From: Syntrophaceae bacterium UBA2188 | Lineage (GTDB): Bacteria > Desulfobacterota > BSN033 > UBA1163 | Direction: 5' to 3' | DNA: 64,000 bases | Assembly: GCA_002327985.1 (NCBI GenBank) | Contig: DCVM01000126.1 | Location: 2,381-66,380, forward strand | Shown: piece by piece, positions 58,244-64,000 of the stretch | Layout of the letters: every line of letters starts with the position of its first letter | Numbering within the stretch: position 1 is the first letter of the stretch | Notes under the pieces: generated by a model | What the model saw: only the letters and a program-made list of their open reading frames with translations | Told to the model about the DNA's origin: nothing | Database searches by the model: none | Translations under genes and position numbers: made by a program

Positions 58244-58987
58244 TTAAGAAAGAGATGTTTCATCTTTTTCGGGCTGACGATCGTCACCGCCCAAAGAGAT
58301 CATGAGTTCCCGGCTCTCCAGCAGTGCCGAGGCTGACCCTTCCTTGATCATGCGGCCATTTCTCAAAAGATACCCCCGTCCGGAGATGCTCAGGGAGAGA
58401 TGAATCTCCTGCTCTACGATAAAGAGGGTGAGTCCTCTCTCATTCAATTTCCTGAAGATAGCAAAGACTTCATCCATCAAACGGGGAGCTAATCCCAAGG
58501 AAGGTTCATCCAGCAAGAGAAGTTTAGGGCGGCCCATCATGGCCCGTCCGATGGAAAGCATCTGCTGTTCGCCCCCGCTCAGCGTCCCTGCTCTTTGATG
58601 GGCTCTTTCTTTGAGGACAGGGAGGAGGGGATAGATCCGTTCCAACTGTTTTTTGATCTCCCTCTTTTCATTCCGATGAAGGTAGGCCCCCATCATGAGG
58701 TTATCGGTGACGGAAAGGGTGGGGAAGATATGGCGTCCTTGAGGAACATGCCCGATCCCTTTCGAAACAATTTGATGAGGATTCAGGTTGGTAATATCCT
58801 CCCCTTCGAATAGAATTCTTCCTTCAGTCGTCTTCAAGATTCCCGAGAGGGTAAGCAGAAGGGTTGTCTTTCCTGCTCCGTTAGGTCCTAAAAGAGAGAC
58901 AATCTCTCCCTGTTTTATCTCTAGAGAAATTTCGTATAATGCAGGTAACGGCCCGTATTGAACAGTCAGTTTTTTAATCTTAAGCAT
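58244..58987 (-). CDS. branched-chain amino acid ABC ATPase LivF-like
   Basis: GPNGAGKTT; LSGGEQQML; LDEPSLGLAP; start set at MLKIKK. Confidence 0.92.
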   Translation of the reverse strand: MLKIKKLTVQYGPLPALYEISLEIKQGEIVSLLGPNGAGKTTLLLTLSGILKTTEGRILFEGEDITNLNPHQIVSKGIGHVPQGRHIFPTLSVTDNLMMGAYLHRNEKREIKKQLERIYPLLPVLKERAHQRAGTLSGGEQQMLSIGRAMMGRPKLLLLDEPSLGLAPRLMDEVFAIFRKLNERGLTLFIVEQEIHLSLSISGRGYLLRNGRMIKEGSASALLESRELMISLGGDDRQPEKDETSLS

Positions 58988-59071
58988 CTGTCTTGCCGCC
59001 TTCCCCTTCACCCTTCCACTCTCCCAATGAGACTGTGTCATCATGGTGGCCGAGGGACGGAGAGCCAACTT

Positions 59072-59194
59072 GGGAGCTTTAGAATTGCGATTCTCTGAAA
59101 GTGATGGGTAACAGTACTGATCGTTGAAAATGATGTGTGCATGGTAAACAAAACTATGAATTTATTCACTAAAAGGTTTCGCTCTAAAGCTCCC
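59072..59194. mobile_element. MITE-like element with 12-bp perfect TIRs
   Basis: gggagctttaga ... tctaaagctccc in the livG-livF gap. Confidence 0.6.
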
Positions 59195-59247
59195 TTAGCC
59201 GCTTCTCCATCCCTTAGCCGATTTATAAACTTCTGGAGAATCGGCTT

Positions 59248-60072
59248 TCATTTTTTCTTTATTTCATATTGTGACACTTTCTCCATAGGGGAGAGGGTGG
59301 AGTGAGGGTCCCGACTACGCCGGGTTAAATAAGCCTCGATTACCTCTGGATTCCTCCTCACCGCTTCCGGTGTTCCCTCGGCAATGAGCTCACCATTGTG
59401 GAGGACAGCGATCTCATCTGCCAGCTCCATGACCATCCCCATGTGATGCTCCACAATGAAAACCGTGACTCCCTCCTGCCTGATGTGTATGATTTTTTCC
59501 GAAAGGTGCCGTATTTCATTAAGGGTCAGTCCAGAGGCGGGTTCATCTAAGAGGAGGAGGTCTGGCTTCATGGCAAGAGCCCGGCCTATTTCCAGGAGTT
59601 TTTGTTTGCCGTAAGGGAGTTGGGAGGCCATGGATTCCCATTTGCCCAAGAGACCAAGAGAATCAAGTATCTCCTTGGCTTCTTGCAAGGCCCCTTTTTC
59701 TGACCTTCTGATCCGGGGAAGCCAGAGTCCATAGGAGAGCATCCCCCCCTTGAGCTTTTGATTCATGCCAGCCATGATGTTCTCCACCACTGTCATGTTT
59801 CCCCAAACCTGAATGGTCTGGAAGGTTCTTCCCATTCCCAGAGTGGATCTCTCGTGGGGCTCCATGGAGGTGATGTCCCTTCCTTTAAAGTAGATTTTCC
59901 CTGAATCAGGTTTCTCCACACCGCTGATCAAATGAAAGAGAGTGCTTTTTCCCGCTCCATTGGGTCCGATCAGTCCCGTAATGCTTCCCTTTTCTACTTT
60001 GAGTGAAATCCGGTCGAGAGCAATGATTCCATCATATTCCTTTCTAATATTTTCTATCGAGAGGAGTGCCAT
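59248..60072 (-). CDS. branched-chain amino acid ABC ATPase LivG-like
   Basis: GPNGAGKST; RTFQ; LPYG.QK.LEI; LDEPA.G; V.EAYL. Confidence 0.92.
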   Translation of the reverse strand: MALLSIENIRKEYDGIIALDRISLKVEKGSITGLIGPNGAGKSTLFHLISGVEKPDSGKIYFKGRDITSMEPHERSTLGMGRTFQTIQVWGNMTVVENIMAGMNQKLKGGMLSYGLWLPRIRRSEKGALQEAKEILDSLGLLGKWESMASQLPYGKQKLLEIGRALAMKPDLLLLDEPASGLTLNEIRHLSEKIIHIRQEGVTVFIVEHHMGMVMELADEIAVLHNGELIAEGTPEAVRRNPEVIEAYLTRRSRDPHSTLSPMEKVSQYEIKKK

Positions 60073-61148
60073 TAGAGTTTTCCTTCGTCTCTTTTCTTCT
60101 TTTTCGCCCAGTAACCGATCAGGTAGATCACCCTGACATTCAAACGGGTTCCAATACCATCCGGAAAAAATATGAGCAATAGGATCAAGATCATACCATA
60201 GGCGGGAAGGCTGTATTCCTGATACCTGCTCAGGATATCCGTGAGCCAGGTCAGGAGGATCGCTCCAGCAATGGGACCATAGAGATTTCCCATCCCACCC
60301 AGGATGACCATCATGACGATGAGAACAGTCAATCCAAGGCTGAATGCCTCGGGATTGGCAATGGACATGACGCAGGCGAAAAGACTTCCAGCCAATCCGG
60401 CATAAGCCGCGCTCAGAATAAAGATTTCTAACTTAATCCGGGGAACATTGATCCCAACGCTTGAAGCAGCATCTTCACTGGCAGCGACTGCCAGAAGGGC
60501 CCGGCCCACTTTTGAACGGACCAGATTTTTCGAAAAGACAAATAACCCGACGAGGACTCCCCATGTGAGATAGTACTGTTTCAGATAGGTATCGAAGATA
60601 AACCCCATCACAGAAAACCAGGGAATGCCGAAGATCCCGATGACCCCACCCGTGAGATCCGTAGACTCCCGGAGGACCACCAGAAAAATTTCTCCAAACC
60701 CCAGTGTGGCTAAGGCGAGAAAGTATCCTTTCAATTTGAGAATGGGTCTTCCGATGAAAGAAGCGATCGCGGCTGCTGAAGCCGCTGAGGCCCAAAAAGC
60801 CAGAAAGATGGGGACGCCGTAACGAGTGGTGAGGATGGCGGTCGTATAAGCCCCGATTCCAAAGAATGCAGCATGTCCCAAAGAAATCTGGCCGGCATAG
60901 CCCATGAAGAGACTTAATCCCAAGGACAAGATGGCGTAGATTCCTGCCAACACCATGAGATGATGAAAGTGTGGATCAGACCAGATCAGGGGTGCCAAAC
61001 CGATTGCACCAAGATAAAAGAGGTCTTTCTTTTTAAACTCTTTTTTATGATAGAGGTATGGATCGGGGGCGATTAAGGAAAGTAACCACAGGGGCACCAG
61101 ATAGAAGAGGTCCCTCTTTCTAAATTCATTTTTTTTCGTCTCTACCAT
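60072..61148 (-). CDS. branched-chain amino acid ABC permease LivM-like
   Basis: GYAGQISLGHAAFFGIGAY; YFLALATLGFGE; LGGMG. Confidence 0.92.
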   Translation of the reverse strand: MVETKKNEFRKRDLFYLVPLWLLSLIAPDPYLYHKKEFKKKDLFYLGAIGLAPLIWSDPHFHHLMVLAGIYAILSLGLSLFMGYAGQISLGHAAFFGIGAYTTAILTTRYGVPIFLAFWASAASAAAIASFIGRPILKLKGYFLALATLGFGEIFLVVLRESTDLTGGVIGIFGIPWFSVMGFIFDTYLKQYYLTWGVLVGLFVFSKNLVRSKVGRALLAVAASEDAASSVGINVPRIKLEIFILSAAYAGLAGSLFACVMSIANPEAFSLGLTVLIVMMVILGGMGNLYGPIAGAILLTWLTDILSRYQEYSLPAYGMILILLLIFFPDGIGTRLNVRVIYLIGYWAKKKKRDEGKL

Positions 61149-62032
61149 CGGCGGCTATCCATAAAAGGGGATCCTAAAATTCCTTTGGGCCTGAAGTGTA
61201 GGATGAGTAATAAGATTCCAAAGGCAATGGCGTCCTTATACCCGGCAGGGATGAAGGCCAAACTTAAAGATTCGACAATTCCAAGGACAAAGCCTCCAAG
61301 GATTGCACCGCTATTCTTCCCCCAGCCTCCCAAGACAGCTGCAATAAAACCCTTGAGACCCAAGAGTGTCCCAGAACTATAACTGGTGAAGAATACGGGG
61401 GTGATCAGTATTCCGGCAAAGGCTCCTACTCCTGCGCTCACTCCGAAGGCTAAAAAGACCATGAGGTTTCTTGATATTCCTAGGAGATCCGCTCCCAAAG
61501 GATCGGTTGAGCTGGCTTCCATCGCCTTTCCCAATAACGTTCGATGGGAAAGGAGGTAGAGAAAAATCAGGAGTATCAAGGTGGAGATCAGGACCCAGAC
61601 GCTCTGGGGAAGAACAGAGACTCCTAATAATTGGAGAGGTCTCTCACCGGAGAAAGGGGGAAGGGTTTTAGGCAGTGTGCCAAAAAGAAGGCCACTTGTG
61701 CTGCTAAGGAAAATGGAGGCCCCCAGGGTGGCCATGAGAAGGATGACGATAGAGGCCTTCCGCAAAGGATAAACCACGGAGAGATGCATCACGAAGCCGA
61801 TGAGGATGACGATCAGAATGGCTATGAAAGCCGCTAAGGGATATGGAAGGTTCATCACTTTCAGAAAGAAGAAGGTGATCACTCCCCCTAACATCACAAA
61901 CTCCCCTTGGGCAAAATTGATGATTTGGGACGCCCTGGCGATGGTTACAAATCCCAAGGCTACCAGGGCATAGATGGCCCCGATGGTAATGCCGGAAGAA
62001 AGGAGTTGTGGAATATAGGTCCATGTGCTCAT
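61142..62032 (-). CDS. branched-chain amino acid ABC permease LivH-like
   Basis: G..YALVALG; INFAQGE; GLKGF.AAVLGG; RPKGILG. Confidence 0.92.
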   Translation of the reverse strand: MSTWTYIPQLLSSGITIGAIYALVALGFVTIARASQIINFAQGEFVMLGGVITFFFLKVMNLPYPLAAFIAILIVILIGFVMHLSVVYPLRKASIVILLMATLGASIFLSSTSGLLFGTLPKTLPPFSGERPLQLLGVSVLPQSVWVLISTLILLIFLYLLSHRTLLGKAMEASSTDPLGADLLGISRNLMVFLAFGVSAGVGAFAGILITPVFFTSYSSGTLLGLKGFIAAVLGGWGKNSGAILGGFVLGIVESLSLAFIPAGYKDAIAFGILLLILHFRPKGILGSPFMDSRRW

Positions 62033-62045
62033 GGCATATTATGAG

Positions 62046-62088
62046 AAGAAAAAAGGGGTGAGCCCACCCATGATTTGCTCACCCCTTG
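62046..62088 (-). terminator. hairpin/U-tract between the substrate-binding and permease genes
   Basis: aaggggtgagc...gctcacccctt followed by a T run on the minus strand. Confidence 0.6.
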
Positions 62089-62120
62089 ATTTACCATATC
62101 ATTTATATTGTCTTCAACCT

Positions 62121-63308
62121 TTATTCGAATCCAGGGAATTTAATTCTTTTGAACTTACCCCCTTCGATTCGAATAAACACCATATCCTTTTTACTTAAGC
62201 CATCGTGGTCGGTGGGGCTGTAGTTATAAATTCCGTGACAATTCTTGTGGCCTTTTGTATTCTCCAGAGCATCCCTGAAGATCGCTCTTGTGACTTTTCC
62301 CTGGCATCGCTTCAGAGCATCGTAGATCAGCGAGATCGTATCATGGGCATGACCAGCGATTTGATCAAGCCCCACTCCATCACGCTCTCTCATCCGCTTG
62401 TCAAAATCGAGGTTAATAGTCCTCACAGGATCATTCTCATCGAGTTGATCAGGGACCACAGGTTTTCCAGCGCCAAACTCCACTCCCTCCATCGCCTCTC
62501 CGCCCAGGGCGATGATAAAACCGAATCCAAAGGCGTGGGTTCCGAGGATGGGAGTCTTCACTCCCAGGGTCCGTAAATTCTTGCAGATAATAGGGCCTGG
62601 TGGGCCAGCAGTACAGGCATAAAAGGCATCTATCTTTTCCTTTTCGATAATGGGTTTGAGTTTAATGAGCTGGGGAGTCATGTCGATATCCGTCGGCTTA
62701 TGGGTTTCCTGAGAGATGATGATTTTCATCCCTTTCTCCTCCCCAAAGCGTTTATAAAACTCGGCCAGGCTCTTAGCCAGAGGGATCGCGGCAGGGAAGA
62801 CTAAAACCTTCTTATATTTTCTGGCCAGAGACAGGTCCACCAACTTTTGAGAAACAATGATATCGCTCTGGGCAATGTTAAAGGCCCACTTTTGCTTTAA
62901 AGCTCGAACCATTGGATTAGACGGACAGATGATGATGTTCGTGATCTTCTCTCTCTCGGCAATGGCCCTGCTCGTTGCCTGGAGATTATCCTCGAAGGGA
63001 CCGACAACCGCAATGATTTGTTTGTCTTTGGTAAACTTGGTCATGTTGGCAGCGGTTCTCCCGAGATCGAAACCATTGTCCTCGAAGAGCAGTTCGATAG
63101 AATGTCCGTCAATGCCACCCATTTTATTTATCCTCTCCACTTCCAACACCATGGCATTTCTTACGGTTTTGGTTACCTCTGCCCAGGGGCCGGTGAACTC
63201 GAGGTTGACTCCGATCTTATAGAGAGATTTTTCAGCGACGTAAGCAGGGGAAACCCATGTCATTAGTATCAGCGTCAAAACAGAGATTAGGGGGACTATT
63301 TTTTTCAT
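62121..63308 (-). CDS. LivJ/K-like ABC substrate-binding protein
   Basis: Signal peptide; 'IN..GGI.G..IEL...D'; type 1 periplasmic binding protein pattern. Confidence 0.88.
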   Translation of the reverse strand: MKKIVPLISVLTLILMTWVSPAYVAEKSLYKIGVNLEFTGPWAEVTKTVRNAMVLEVERINKMGGIDGHSIELLFEDNGFDLGRTAANMTKFTKDKQIIAVVGPFEDNLQATSRAIAEREKITNIIICPSNPMVRALKQKWAFNIAQSDIIVSQKLVDLSLARKYKKVLVFPAAIPLAKSLAEFYKRFGEEKGMKIIISQETHKPTDIDMTPQLIKLKPIIEKEKIDAFYACTAGPPGPIICKNLRTLGVKTPILGTHAFGFGFIIALGGEAMEGVEFGAGKPVVPDQLDENDPVRTINLDFDKRMRERDGVGLDQIAGHAHDTISLIYDALKRCQGKVTRAIFRDALENTKGHKNCHGIYNYSPTDHDGLSKKDMVFIRIEGGKFKRIKFPGFE

Positions 63309-63374
63309 TGTATGATCTCCTTGTGTTTGAATCGTATCATCAAATAGAAAATGTCAAATTTCGAAGGATAATTC

Positions 63375-63469
63375 TGGAATAATGGAATAGTGGAATGATG
63401 GAATAATGAGAAAAACCCAACGATTTTTTGTCAACCCAATATTCCAGTGTTCCATCATTCCATTCTTCC
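63375..63469. repeat. 8-nt periodic palindromic mini-element
   Basis: (tggaatra/g)x4 followed by inverted (..ttcca)-type units. Confidence 0.75.
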
Positions 63470-63478
63470 TTTGAAATT

Positions 63479-64000
63479 TTACAGATACTTCTGAATCAGG
63501 ATCTCAGCAATCTGAACGGCATTGAGCGCAGCGCCTTTCCGAATATTATCGGCCACGACCCACATATTGATGCCGTTTGGGATGGATTCGTCCTCTCGAA
63601 TTCTTCCGACAAAGGTCTCGTCTTTGCCTGCTGCATGGATGGCCAGGGGATATTCAAATTTCTTGGGATCATCCACGACGACCACCCCGGGCGCCTTAGA
63701 GAGTATCTCTTTGACTTCATCCCGTGACAATTTTTTTTCTGTCTCGATATTGACTGATTCAGAATGACCGTAGAAAACAGGAACCCTTACGGTCGTGGCG
63801 GTTACTCCAATTGAATAATCCTCCATGATCTTTTTCGTTTCATTGACCATCTTCATCTCTTCTTTGGTGTAGCCGTTGTCAAAAAAGACATCGATGTGAG
63901 GAAGACAGTTGAAAGCGATCTGATGAGGATAGACCTCTTTCTTGACCTCCTGCTGGTTGTAGATGGCGAGGACCTGACTCTCCAATTCCTTAATTGCCCT
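63479..64000 (-). CDS. asd: aspartate-semialdehyde dehydrogenase, 3' part (5' end outside window)
   Basis: IAFNCLPHID; YTKEEMKM..ET.KI; ATTVRVPVFYGHSE; DN.RKGAALNAVQIAE. Confidence 0.96.
   Translation of the reverse strand, partial: RAIKELESQVLAIYNQQEVKKEVYPHQIAFNCLPHIDVFFDNGYTKEEMKMVNETKKIMEDYSIGVTATTVRVPVFYGHSESVNIETEKKLSRDEVKEILSKAPGVVVVDDPKKFEYPLAIHAAGKDETFVGRIREDESIPNGINMWVVADNIRKGAALNAVQIAEILIQKYL

Overview
Bacterial chromosomal window, probably an anaerobic Desulfobacterota/'deltaproteobacterial' lineage (inferred from protein character; not verified). Layout: (1) 1-8.2 kb is a defence/TA hotspot: the 3' part of a type IIG-like R-M gene, a duplicated Panacea antitoxin, YhcG/DUF1016, a PemK/MazF-like toxin, a HepT remnant, BrnTA, and a small RNA with its own promoter. 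(2) 8.4-28.1 kb is the str-S10-spc-alpha ribosomal superoperon on the minus strand. Many of its spacers carry short palindromic or periodic mini-elements, and tuf has an extreme G/T third-position bias. (3) 28.7-34.7 kb holds accessory genes: DUF4301, an AT-rich CPBP protease, an mscS pseudogene, hdeD-like and csp. (4) 35.2-38.5 kb is an RHH-HEAT-ParA-coiled-coil-coiled-coil operon closely resembling the myxobacterial PomXYZ division-site positioning system, but with two PomX-like paralogues. This is the best candidate for an undescribed system. (5) Next come a radical SAM-STAS gene, rpsU, an RRM protein, nfnAB, a peptide ABC transporter and rlpA. (6) A complete small integron follows: intI, Pc, attI, one two-gene cassette (GIY-YIG plus nucleotidyltransferase) and attC. 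(7) The window ends with a radical SAM gene, rnc, mtaB, UPF0280, a liv-type ABC transporter and partial asd. No rRNA, tRNA or CRISPR array was recognised. All family calls come from motif recognition by eye; no database search was run.
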